Shown here: in pieces, positions 16,338 through 24,715 of the stretch | Numbering within the stretch: position 1 is the first letter of the stretch | Layout: every line of letters begins with the position of its first letter | IMG/VR virus record: IMGVR_UViG_3300032289_000414 | Span: 1-26,248 of that record | Length of the DNA: 26,248 bases | Strand: one strand, 5' to 3' | Source of the DNA: a virus | Taxonomy: Duplodnaviria > Caudoviricetes | The notes under the pieces: model-generated | What the model saw: the letters and a program-made list of their open reading frames with translations, nothing else | The model's database searches: none | Told to the model about the DNA's origin: nothing | Translations under genes and position numbers: made by a program

Positions 16338-16972
16338 ATCACCCTCCGACCAACGGCTGGCGTGCCTGCATCGTCTTCCCAGCGACGCTGATTGATGTAC
16401 GTCAGGGGTGCTGGCTCAAAGCCGCCAGTCCACTGCTCGGTAACCTTCAGCTTGTTAACCTGCGCAATGATGGTCTCAGCCACCGCGTCCAAGCCAGCCT
16501 TGGCCCACTTCTTCTGGCACTCTGCTTTGGCGACCTTGCGTTTGGACGCAGGCCAAGCACTCCAGAACTCGTCGAATTTCGACGATGTATTTATATTCTT
16601 CTTCTGTATCTGTATCTTCTTAGGGTTATCGTTCGCTTTAGATTCGGTTTCCGATTCGGTTTTCTTCGGTCTCCCGCCTCGCTTTCCGAGTTGTCGATTA
16701 TTCTCAACTTGGTGTTGATACTTGGTAACTTCAGCATGGCAACGATTGTTGAAATACCCTGTTTCAGTACGTTCAAAAAATTCACCCAAAACCGATTCGG
16801 TTATGTCCAAATCAAGACGAATCTTGCGGGCAACCGATTCGGTATCGAGTGGGATTTCTTTCTCACTCATATAGTACAGGTCAAGCAGGCGTCGGTACGC
16901 CAAGTCCTCAGCATCACTGAGATGAACCGTGTGTGTGAGGTAATCACCGATGTGGAATTTGTACCATATCAT
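16334..16972 (-). CDS. DUF1376/YdaU-family replication initiator
   Basis: WYKFHIGDY...HLSDAEDLAYRRLLDLYY N-terminus; FDEFWSAWP..KVAK ... TYINQRRWED C-terminus; located between cro and the helicase. Confidence 0.8.
   Translation of the reverse strand: MIWYKFHIGDYLTHTVHLSDAEDLAYRRLLDLYYMSEKEIPLDTESVARKIRLDLDITESVLGEFFERTETGYFNNRCHAEVTKYQHQVENNRQLGKRGGRPKKTESETESKANDNPKKIQIQKKNINTSSKFDEFWSAWPASKRKVAKAECQKKWAKAGLDAVAETIIAQVNKLKVTEQWTGGFEPAPLTYINQRRWEDDAGTPAVGRRVI
16641..16844. repeat. Iteron-like repeats (probable replication origin)
   Basis: GATTCGGT occurs four times: GATTCGGTTT 16641-16650 and 16653-16662, AACCGATTCGGTT 16790-16802, AACCGATTCGGTA 16832-16844. Confidence 0.55.
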
Positions 16973-17181
16973 TTCGCTGTCTTTCCAAAAATGTCGGGCC
17001 GAAGTTCAGCCCTCTTCACTTTCCTACCTGTGTGCAACTCAATGTCGCGGGCTAGTTCTGGGCTAGGTAGTCGTCGCCCAGTCACAATCAAAGAGAACCA
17101 TGTCTTGCTGATGCCCAGCTTGCGTGCTAACGCAATCATCGTCCCCCTTGGTTTGTCCTGAAAATATTCTTGAAGTGTCAT
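16969..17181 (-). CDS. Cro/YdaS-like HTH regulator
   Basis: ALARKLGISKTWFSLIVTGRRLPSPELARDIE...ELRPDIF. Confidence 0.85.
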   Translation of the reverse strand: MTLQEYFQDKPRGTMIALARKLGISKTWFSLIVTGRRLPSPELARDIELHTGRKVKRAELRPDIFGKTAK

Positions 17182-17196
17182 CGTTTCCCTTTCTCG

Positions 17197-17257
17197 GTTA
17201 ATCAGATGTTACACTGAAAAAAATTGTTGTGCAACACCAGATTAAACATGATACACT
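17197..17257. promoter_or_regulatory. Divergent promoter region
   Basis: Leftward TTGCAC (17229-17234), 17-bp spacer, TAACAT (17206-17211). Rightward extended -10 TGaTACACT (17249-17257). Operator-like boxes at 17197-17210 and 17233-17247. Confidence 0.6.
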
Positions 17258-17285
17258 ACAACCTGTTTAACTTGAAAGCGAACTT

Positions 17286-17471
17286 ATGAACAGCGAATAC
17301 GAAATGCATCAATTGATGCTTGAGAGGCAACAAATGCTTGAGGAGGCTCTAGAACGGGCTGAGGCAGGCGTTGCAACGCAGGAGGACTGGGACATCATCC
17401 GCTACGAATGCGGGATGCCCAAGAGACCTATAGTGACTTTAGAAACTGTAACCCTAACTAGGAGCGAATGA
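17286..17471 (+). CDS. Hypothetical protein
   Basis: 61 aa; GAAAGCGAA leader. Confidence 0.7.
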   Translation: MNSEYEMHQLMLERQQMLEEALERAEAGVATQEDWDIIRYECGMPKRPIVTLETVTLTRSE

Positions 17472-18130
17472 TGGCTTTAATAGCGAAAGAAAGCGGAGGC
17501 GGCGGTGGTGATTTCACCCCAGTACCCCAAGGAATGCACCTTGCACGGTGCTACCGAGTCATTGACTTGGGAACCCAAGAGTCAACATACCTTGGCACGG
17601 TTAAAAAACTGCCCAAAGTGATGTTGCAATTTGAGGTGCATGGAGAAGACGAGGCTGGCAAACCAATTGTCACAGCCAAGGGCGAACCAATGTCTATCAG
17701 CAAGAACTTCACGCTCTCGCTGGCGGAGATGGCAACCCTGCGCAAAGACCTGCAAACGTGGCGTGGACGCGAGTTCACCGCAGACGAGTTGCGTGGCTTT
17801 GAACTCAAGAACGTGCTGGGCGCGTGGGCGATGATTTCGGTCATCAAGGCTATGGGCAACAACGGCAAGGAATACACCAACATTGCCGCCATCATGTCTG
17901 TGCCACCCGCAATCAAGAAGGCTGGAATGCCTGAAGGCTATAACGAGTTGAAGATGTTCTCAATTGACGAGCCTGACATGACGCTGTTTGACAGCTTCAG
18001 CAACGGTCTCAAAGAGAAGATTGGCAAGTCGCCTGAGTGGCAGGCACGCGGCGGCAAATCAAGCACCCCAGCGCCCTTTAAAGCCCCCGAAAGCGGCTTT
18101 GACGACATGGACGACGACATCCCGTTCTGA
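17468..18130 (+). CDS. Phage single-stranded DNA-binding protein (probable)
   Basis: Acidic tail FDDMDDDIPF; G.H.ARC..VIDLGTQ N-terminus; next to an exonuclease. Confidence 0.65.
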   Translation: MMALIAKESGGGGGDFTPVPQGMHLARCYRVIDLGTQESTYLGTVKKLPKVMLQFEVHGEDEAGKPIVTAKGEPMSISKNFTLSLAEMATLRKDLQTWRGREFTADELRGFELKNVLGAWAMISVIKAMGNNGKEYTNIAAIMSVPPAIKKAGMPEGYNELKMFSIDEPDMTLFDSFSNGLKEKIGKSPEWQARGGKSSTPAPFKAPESGFDDMDDDIPF

Positions 18131-18132
18131 CC

Positions 18133-18510
18133 ATGAGGCTTATGCGTAATCAAAACGCGGCGCACATTGATTTCTACCAGTTCAAGGGACTGATTGAGAC
18201 CAATCCCAAGGCGACGCCCTGCGACATCGACATGGTTTTTGAGCGCAAGTGCAAATTCTTTGTCGGTGAGTGGAAGCGCGAAGGTGAAAGCATCAGCCAA
18301 GGACAGGGGTTGCTACTGCGCAATCTGGCAAGGCAACCCCAGTTCACCGTCGTCATCATCCAAGGCAACACGGACGGTGAGACGGTGGTCGAGAAGTTTG
18401 AGCAACTCTGCTCGGACGGACGCTTCAGGGTGCGAGGCAAGTCTTTTGATGACCTCAAGAAATTTGTGACGCGCTGGTACAACTGGGCAGATGCCCAAGA
18501 ATTTTCTTAG
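18133..18510 (+). CDS. PD-(D/E)xK-like nuclease-fold protein
   Basis: PCDID...FFVGEWK ... ISQGQ. Confidence 0.5.
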   Translation: MRLMRNQNAAHIDFYQFKGLIETNPKATPCDIDMVFERKCKFFVGEWKREGESISQGQGLLLRNLARQPQFTVVIIQGNTDGETVVEKFEQLCSDGRFRVRGKSFDDLKKFVTRWYNWADAQEFS

Positions 18511-18519
18511 GAGAAAAAC

Positions 18520-18756
18520 ATGAACTTGACTATGACTGACGTTCAATTTTTGATTGAAGCAATCCAACAAAAAGCAGACAGCTTGATTGAGCAACTGCAA
18601 GAAGACGCAGAGCAAGAGATTTTGCGAGGCTTTACTCAGCACGTCGAAGAGCAGTTTGATGAGGCATATGCCGAACACATCAAGACAGCACCAAAACGCC
18701 GTGGTCGCCCACCAGCCAAAAAAGCACGGTTTGCAAAACGCGCAAATAAAACTTAA
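18520..18756 (+). CDS. Small protein with an AT-hook-like basic tail
   Basis: Acidic helical N-terminus, then PKRRGRPPAKK; AGGAG SD. Confidence 0.6.
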   Translation: MNLTMTDVQFLIEAIQQKADSLIEQLQEDAEQEILRGFTQHVEEQFDEAYAEHIKTAPKRRGRPPAKKARFAKRANKT

Positions 18757-18770
18757 CAGAGAACACGCAA

Positions 18771-19544
18771 ATGACTATTACAACCCCAGCAGTACGCGCA
18801 AGCGAATCGAATCACTGGTATACCCGCGACGGCGTGCCACAATACACCGTCCCATCCAAGAAGGATGGCTCACCACGCAACACCACGCTCAGAGATGCGC
18901 GAACCATGAACTTGGTTCCGAGTGTCACTACAATTCTGAGTGTCGCGGCAAAACCTGCGCTGACCAATTGGCTTCAGCAACAGGTGCTACTCGCCGCGCT
19001 TACCCTTCCCCGCCGCCCCGACGAACCTGAAAAGGAATACATAGACCGAATCATCAACGATTCCAAAGAACAGGGTCGCTCGGCGGCGGACGCGGGAACT
19101 GACATCCATGCATCTATTCAAGGCTTCTATGAAGACAAACCAACAGGAAAACACCAAGAGAGTGTTGACGCCTGCTCTAAGGCAATCAAAGAACACTTCG
19201 GAGACCAAATCTGGATTTCCGAGCGGTCATTCGCACATGAACTCGGTTTTGGCGGTAAGTGCGATTTATTTTGCGCTGGCTCCACAAACGTCGTCATTGA
19301 CATCAAGACCAAAGAGTTCACCGACCCCGCAAAGGTTGACGGATACGACGAACACCTCATGCAACTCTCAGCTTACCGAGTTGGTCTAGGCATCCCCCAA
19401 GCACGCTGTGCCAACGTCTTTGTCTCTCGTAGCGTCCCTGACCTTGTCGTGGTGCGTGAATGGAGCGCTGAAGACCTTGACCGTGGCTGGGCGATGTTCG
19501 TGAACCTCCTACAATTTTGGCAACTTAAAAACTCTCACAAATAA
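18771..19544 (+). CDS. PD-(D/E)xK exonuclease (phage recombination type)
   Basis: PSVTTIL, GTDIH, E..F, GGKCDL, DIKT, QLSAY. Confidence 0.8.
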   Translation: MTITTPAVRASESNHWYTRDGVPQYTVPSKKDGSPRNTTLRDARTMNLVPSVTTILSVAAKPALTNWLQQQVLLAALTLPRRPDEPEKEYIDRIINDSKEQGRSAADAGTDIHASIQGFYEDKPTGKHQESVDACSKAIKEHFGDQIWISERSFAHELGFGGKCDLFCAGSTNVVIDIKTKEFTDPAKVDGYDEHLMQLSAYRVGLGIPQARCANVFVSRSVPDLVVVREWSAEDLDRGWAMFVNLLQFWQLKNSHK

Positions 19545-19554
19545 GGATTGAAAA

Positions 19555-19776
19555 ATGTTGAGCGAAGAAACAGTCAAGCAAATCTTCTTCCAAAGCGACC
19601 GACCCCGCAAAGACCCCTTGATTGCGGACGAGGTAGACATCATGCAGTTTGCTCACAACATTGAGCAATATGTGGCGGTGGAGTGCGCACGCAAGGAACA
19701 CGCTCGTTGCGTTGAGATAGTCAAAGAGATGAACCGCGTAGTCGGTGAAAAACTAGAAACTCTGCGACCAGTGTAA
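19555..19776 (+). CDS. Hypothetical protein
   Basis: 73 aa; AAGGA SD; last gene of the plus-strand operon. Confidence 0.65.
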   Translation: MLSEETVKQIFFQSDRPRKDPLIADEVDIMQFAHNIEQYVAVECARKEHARCVEIVKEMNRVVGEKLETLRPV

Positions 19777-19804
19777 AAAAAGCCCCCCCGATTAAAGGGG
19801 GGCT
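19775..19804 (-). terminator. Rho-independent terminator ending the late (minus-strand) operon
   Basis: Stem AGCCCCCC (19781-19788) / GGGGGGCT (19797-19804), followed by a U-tract on the minus strand, between convergent genes. Confidence 0.8.
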
Positions 19805-19834
19805 AAAAGGAGAGTGGCAACTGCTCCTTGAAAT

Positions 19835-21601
19835 TTATTGTGCTGGGGGTTCTTGGGTAAGGCGTCTGTAAATTTCACGCAAGCCCATACCTGTTGCGCC
19901 AACCGCTCCAAGTTTTTTTACACCAGACAGCTTGGGGGTTACTGGGGGCGTCAATGAGGCTCCCGCAGAAAGCGCTCCAAGAGCCTGCATAACAGCCTCG
20001 CTTGTGTCGCCAGCGTTATAACGCTCCAACGCCTCTTGTGCGCTCATCACACCGTAATAGCCAGCGGCTCCACCAACCACTCCACGACCAACGGTTTTTC
20101 CTTTGTTCAAAAGATTTGTGGTTGGATTTTGAGCCGCACGCTCCGCCTTGCGCTTGGCAACCTCTGCGTTTATCTGTGCCTGCGTTACCGCCTTCTTTAA
20201 AGGCTTTACATCCCTTATCTGACCAGCCAGAACATTGTGTTGCGCTCCATGCGATGCACGCTCGGCGTTTATACGGTCTAACTCAGCCTGAAGACGTAGG
20301 CGCTCTTGCTCTTGCTGTTGCGCAAGAATTGCTTGTTGTTGACGAGTCTGTTCTGCGCGTCGTTCAATTTCTGCGTTTTGAGGCTCGGCGTATTCTCTGG
20401 GCAAGTACAACTCACCCGGCCCTTTTTCGCCAGTCAAAACATAGTCAGAGCCGCCTAACCGCTCGGCTTTTTGTTTGCCTTGATTGAATACATCAATGAT
20501 GTCGTGAGCGCCTTTGCCATGCCCTTCGTTATGAGTCATGTCAATTGCTTGGCTTGCGAGGCTGTACGGAACGCGCTCACTTGCCATTGCTTGAACGGTG
20601 TTATATGGCGCACCTGCACCAGTAATTTTCCTTGCTTCGATTTGCAACTGCTCTTGGGGGGTAGGAGCGGCTGGTGGTGGCGCAGGAGGAATTGACTTTA
20701 ATTGCATCTCCCTTAGCTTTTGCTCGTTCTTGATTCTTTCAAGTTCGCTTTGACTTTGGGCGTAAGTTTTCTCAAGGTCTTCATATCCTTGAGGGGCGGC
20801 TCTTTCATACTCTTGCCGAGTCAATTCCAATTTATCTTGTGCGGAAAGACTCGCCAACTCAGTTGCAGTCAATGGCGGCTTGACCATTTTGGAGCCAGCT
20901 ACGTTCGCAACAGCGCCAAAACCAGCACCATATATTGGGTCAACTTCATTAAAAAGTGCGCTTGCCTTTTCCATCAATGTCGTTGGCTCTTTTTTTTCTC
21001 CTTCAGCTTCTGTAGCCTCACGCGCCTTGTCAGCCAAGGGAACACCAGCGGCAAATGGGTTGTTGGGATTGGCCCCTCCAGATGTATCCGCTTGAGACTG
21101 AGCGGGAATTAAACCAGTTTCGTTGTCATCATCGAGATTGAAGTTTTGTGAAATGCGCAAAGAATATTTGCGCGTCTCTGGACGCAAAGACATGATTGCC
21201 GCGTCTGGATTGGTTTCGTATTGCCTTACAAACTCAGCGTTTGCTTTTGGGCTGGCGTTATACATTGCCACAGCAATGCGTGGGCTTTTGTATTTAGTCA
21301 ACAAGTCTTTAAGGATGAAGACGCCACCCTTGATGTTGCTGTCCTCGTCTTCAGGGTTAATCCCTGCGTTCAGTTTTTTGTTGTACAACTCCACAGTGCT
21401 GGGTAAAAGTTGCATAAGACCTTGCGCGCCAGCATCAGAGGTTAGGATTTTGTCATCCTTGTAATGATTGAATCCACTCTCAGCTTGCGCAACAGCAATT
21501 GCCAGCTTTGGGTTAACACCCTGTCGCTCCGCCTCAGCGGCAATTTTTAGCACCACATCTTGCTGGGGCTTTGAAAGCGATTTAAATGTTTTGTCGTCCA
21601 T
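19835..21601 (-). CDS. Internal virion protein with an N-terminal lytic transglycosylase (SLT) domain
   Basis: AVAQAESGF, AQGLMQL, NIKGG, AMYNA; coiled coils and Gly/Ala-rich hydrophobic segments at the C-terminus. Confidence 0.8.
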   Translation of the reverse strand: MDDKTFKSLSKPQQDVVLKIAAEAERQGVNPKLAIAVAQAESGFNHYKDDKILTSDAGAQGLMQLLPSTVELYNKKLNAGINPEDEDSNIKGGVFILKDLLTKYKSPRIAVAMYNASPKANAEFVRQYETNPDAAIMSLRPETRKYSLRISQNFNLDDDNETGLIPAQSQADTSGGANPNNPFAAGVPLADKAREATEAEGEKKEPTTLMEKASALFNEVDPIYGAGFGAVANVAGSKMVKPPLTATELASLSAQDKLELTRQEYERAAPQGYEDLEKTYAQSQSELERIKNEQKLREMQLKSIPPAPPPAAPTPQEQLQIEARKITGAGAPYNTVQAMASERVPYSLASQAIDMTHNEGHGKGAHDIIDVFNQGKQKAERLGGSDYVLTGEKGPGELYLPREYAEPQNAEIERRAEQTRQQQAILAQQQEQERLRLQAELDRINAERASHGAQHNVLAGQIRDVKPLKKAVTQAQINAEVAKRKAERAAQNPTTNLLNKGKTVGRGVVGGAAGYYGVMSAQEALERYNAGDTSEAVMQALGALSAGASLTPPVTPKLSGVKKLGAVGATGMGLREIYRRLTQEPPAQ

Positions 21602-21604
21602 GCT

Positions 21605-23668
21605 TTAACCTCCTCGTTGCGCTTTTTTGCGCGCATCTTCTTCTGCCTGCAAACGCTTTAGACGCTGAGAATATGTTTCATTTGCTGGAGGTTGGCTTGG
21701 AGCCGATGTAGTTGGCGCAGGAGCGGTTGACGCTGGAGCCGCAGGAGCAGTGGCTGGACGCGCAGGTGCTGAAGCGGGAGCAGTCTCCGAAGCAGGCTTG
21801 TTTTTAGGAGACCGCAATGTGTCCGCATTCTTCTCACGCATATCGTTGAGCGTGCGCACATAGTTCTTCTGAAGTTCTTTGAACTCTGGATTGTTTTGCT
21901 TGAAGTATGTGAACGACTTGTTGGGTTCTCTGTCCTGATACTGAGACCACAACTCTGCGGCGCGGGCGTCGTAACGCGCACGCTGAATCATTGCCTCGGA
22001 CTTGAGTGCCAACACTTTGGCTGAGTCTGTAGGCAGGATACCAATTGCGGCATACAACTGACCTTCTGCCTTGTCTGTCGCGCCCTCGCCCGGTGTCCTT
22101 GCCATTCTGCGCATCTCTGCTGTGATTGCAGACTGCTTCTGTTGGAACAACTGCAAAGCGGCGATGTCATCCTTGGTCAACTGATACTCTTTGTTACCCT
22201 GCAACGCAACGCGAACAGGCAAGTTGATGCGCACAGTCATTGGGCCAACGCCAGCTTCTGCGCCTTGCTCAACCGCACGCAACACAGCGTCTCTAACTGT
22301 TGCGTTTTGCATCAAATTAAACGCTCTGGTGTTTGATTCAGTCAGACTCAACACGTCAGTCGCCAAAGCCTCCATGTTGATAGCATTCTCGCCACGAGCA
22401 AGAATCATGTTTCCAGAATCTTCAGATGCCTTGGCTCGGCTCCTCCGCGTTTCGCTTTGTCCTGCTGTTTCAACTTCAATTTCGGATTCTCTTCGCTTTT
22501 TCTCAATAGCGTTTTCAAGTTCTTTTCTAGCTTTCTCCTCTTCCAATTCGGTTGGAGTTTTAGCGCGACGAATTTGTGATGACGGGGTTCCGCTTGATGG
22601 TGTTGAAGTTCCACCTACTGTTGAACCACCGCCTACAGTCGATGTCCCGCCTACAGTTGATGTCCCGCCGACTGTCGATGCTCCGCTGGTTGTTGATGTA
22701 CCGCCAACAGTTGGCTTGCCGTTGCCTAACTGGGCGTCAAGCGCCACCACCTGCTCGGACTCAAGCCATCCTTTGCTGTCATAGTAATCAAGCAACTTAT
22801 TCACGTCTTTATCTTTACGGAATTCTGCTAACTTTTGTTGATATTCTTCGTACTCAGGCCCACTTATCTCTCGCTCAGTTCGAGAGCCGCGAGGAATAAT
22901 CTTGCGTTTCTCAGAAGATTTTTTGAATAGGAGGTCTTCTTGAGCAATACGGTTCTTCTCTTCTTCAACTTGAGACCTGCGCATCTCTTGAAGGAATGGA
23001 AGCATTTTTGGAGCAACGCGACTTGCAATAGCCAATATTTCATCAGTGACTTGAATGCGACCCGACCGCACGCCTGCAACAACTTGCTGTTGACCTGATG
23101 GGGTTGCCATATCGACTGGGGATGCCGTGCCGGGAACCTTTGGAGCGCCCGTCGGCGTCACCCCTGCTCCACCCGCAGGCGGAGGTGCAGTATTTCTTGG
23201 CCCACCAAGCAGTGCGCTCATCAATGTGTCACCACCCAACTGTTGGCGGAACTCTTGCTCTTTTGCAAGAAGTTCCATTTCTAGCTTTTGGGTTTCTGCG
23301 TCACGAATCAATTCGCGCTCTGAGGCGACGCCAGCGTTCTCTGCGGCATACCCCAAGGATTCGCCAAACGAACCCGTCTTGGTAGGTTTTAAGAAGCCTG
23401 CGGCGGTCTGCATCAAGACAGGGTCAAACATCCTATTCTTGCGTGCGTCAAGGCTTGCCCGCATTTTCAGCAAAGCGGCATTCAATGCCTCGCGTTGGTC
23501 GCCAAGGTCGTCAACAACCTTCTCTTTTAACCCAGTCGGTTGCGATTTGGTTATTTCTTCAATGTTTTCTGCCTGCGCCGCATTGACGTCAAATTTACCG
23601 CCAGCAGGTGCGGGAGGTTTTTGTTGTGCAGAGACTTGATTCAAGCCGCCTTGTGTTGGAGCCACCAT
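21605..23668 (-). CDS. Probable internal virion / DNA ejection protein
   Basis: 687 aa; coiled coils, low-complexity linkers, GFLKPTKTGSFGESLG; located in the ejection-protein cluster. Confidence 0.6.
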   Translation of the reverse strand: MVAPTQGGLNQVSAQQKPPAPAGGKFDVNAAQAENIEEITKSQPTGLKEKVVDDLGDQREALNAALLKMRASLDARKNRMFDPVLMQTAAGFLKPTKTGSFGESLGYAAENAGVASERELIRDAETQKLEMELLAKEQEFRQQLGGDTLMSALLGGPRNTAPPPAGGAGVTPTGAPKVPGTASPVDMATPSGQQQVVAGVRSGRIQVTDEILAIASRVAPKMLPFLQEMRRSQVEEEKNRIAQEDLLFKKSSEKRKIIPRGSRTEREISGPEYEEYQQKLAEFRKDKDVNKLLDYYDSKGWLESEQVVALDAQLGNGKPTVGGTSTTSGASTVGGTSTVGGTSTVGGGSTVGGTSTPSSGTPSSQIRRAKTPTELEEEKARKELENAIEKKRRESEIEVETAGQSETRRSRAKASEDSGNMILARGENAINMEALATDVLSLTESNTRAFNLMQNATVRDAVLRAVEQGAEAGVGPMTVRINLPVRVALQGNKEYQLTKDDIAALQLFQQKQSAITAEMRRMARTPGEGATDKAEGQLYAAIGILPTDSAKVLALKSEAMIQRARYDARAAELWSQYQDREPNKSFTYFKQNNPEFKELQKNYVRTLNDMREKNADTLRSPKNKPASETAPASAPARPATAPAAPASTAPAPTTSAPSQPPANETYSQRLKRLQAEEDARKKAQRGG
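22604..22711 (-). repeat. In-frame 18-bp tandem repeat, six units (TVGGTS)
   Basis: TVGGTS TTSGAS TVGGTS TVGGTS TVGGGS TVGGTS. Confidence 0.85.
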
Positions 23669-23674
23669 ATTTTT

Positions 23675-24715
23675 TTACCCCACTAAGTAGCCATCGGCAT
23701 CGTAAAAATTCCCGTTGCCATCGTGATATTCTGCGCCAGTTGGAGCCATTCCGCCATCAGCAAGGCGAACACCGCCGCCATGCGCTTTGCGCATTACGCC
23801 ACCACTTTTGCCAGTTCTCACTGGAGTTGTTGTGCCTGATTTTCTGGCATTCTCTGCAAGAACTTCGTAATATGCCTTTTGCGCATCCGAAGCACTAGTG
23901 CTTGGGAACAGCGAAGCCACCAAAGAACCCAAGCCAGCAATCTGCGACAGCGGACTGTTGGAGTAGCCTTCGGAACCAGTTGACTGCGTAGTCGTACCCA
24001 TTGGGACGTTGTAGCCTTGGAGCAATTTGGCAAACTGTTGTGTTTGAGCCATTGGGTAGTCGAGCAACTTCTGACCTTGAGCCTGCTGTTGAGCGCCAAA
24101 GTCAGACATGGTTTTCAAACCAGCGATACCCATGCCTTGTTGGGCTTGACCTAAATTTTCAAAAGCCTGCCCAGCATTCAAGGCGCGAGACAAGTCTGCC
24201 TGAGCCTGTGTTCCAGCGGTTGTATAGCCCTGCTGTAAGGCTTGCATTTGCTTGCCCACCAAGTCAGCTTGGATGTCGCGCAAAGCATTGCCAGTGACCT
24301 GCTGTTGACGACGTGAGCCGAATTGACCAGAGCCAATAGCCGCCGCGCCAAGGTTTGGCATGATGTTTTCTTGGACGTTGCGGTTGCTCAGGCGACCCAT
24401 CTCATCCACCACCGCGCTGGTGTATGGATTCATGTAGTCAGCAATGACGTCAGGAACGGTTGTAGCGCCCGCCTCGCCTAGCAATTGAGAAGCCGCACCC
24501 ATAGAGCCAGCGCCAGCAAACGCGACGTCTGGAGCCATTTGAAAGGCTTGCTGTTGCAGTGGGCTGAAGCCAGCGATACCACCCTGCTGGACAGCGTTCT
24601 GGCCTAAGTTAGCAATGTCTTGCAGGTAATTCGTGTAAAACTCTGGAGCCGTCTGTTGGGCTTCCGTCGTCTTGGTAATCGCTGGTAGCGGGTCACCTTG
24701 AAATAGTCCAGCCAT
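23675..24715 (-). CDS. Probable DNA ejection / pilot protein
   Basis: Q/A/G-rich; YMNPY...V, GQFGSRR, SPLSQIAGLG; GG motifs near the C-terminus. Confidence 0.6.
   Translation of the reverse strand: MAGLFQGDPLPAITKTTEAQQTAPEFYTNYLQDIANLGQNAVQQGGIAGFSPLQQQAFQMAPDVAFAGAGSMGAASQLLGEAGATTVPDVIADYMNPYTSAVVDEMGRLSNRNVQENIMPNLGAAAIGSGQFGSRRQQQVTGNALRDIQADLVGKQMQALQQGYTTAGTQAQADLSRALNAGQAFENLGQAQQGMGIAGLKTMSDFGAQQQAQGQKLLDYPMAQTQQFAKLLQGYNVPMGTTTQSTGSEGYSNSPLSQIAGLGSLVASLFPSTSASDAQKAYYEVLAENARKSGTTTPVRTGKSGGVMRKAHGGGVRLADGGMAPTGAEYHDGNGNFYDADGYLVG

Noticed and set aside
18771-19544. Cas4 call for the exonuclease
   Set aside because: No four-Cys Fe-S cluster pattern; it fits an ordinary phage PD-(D/E)xK exonuclease next to SSB.
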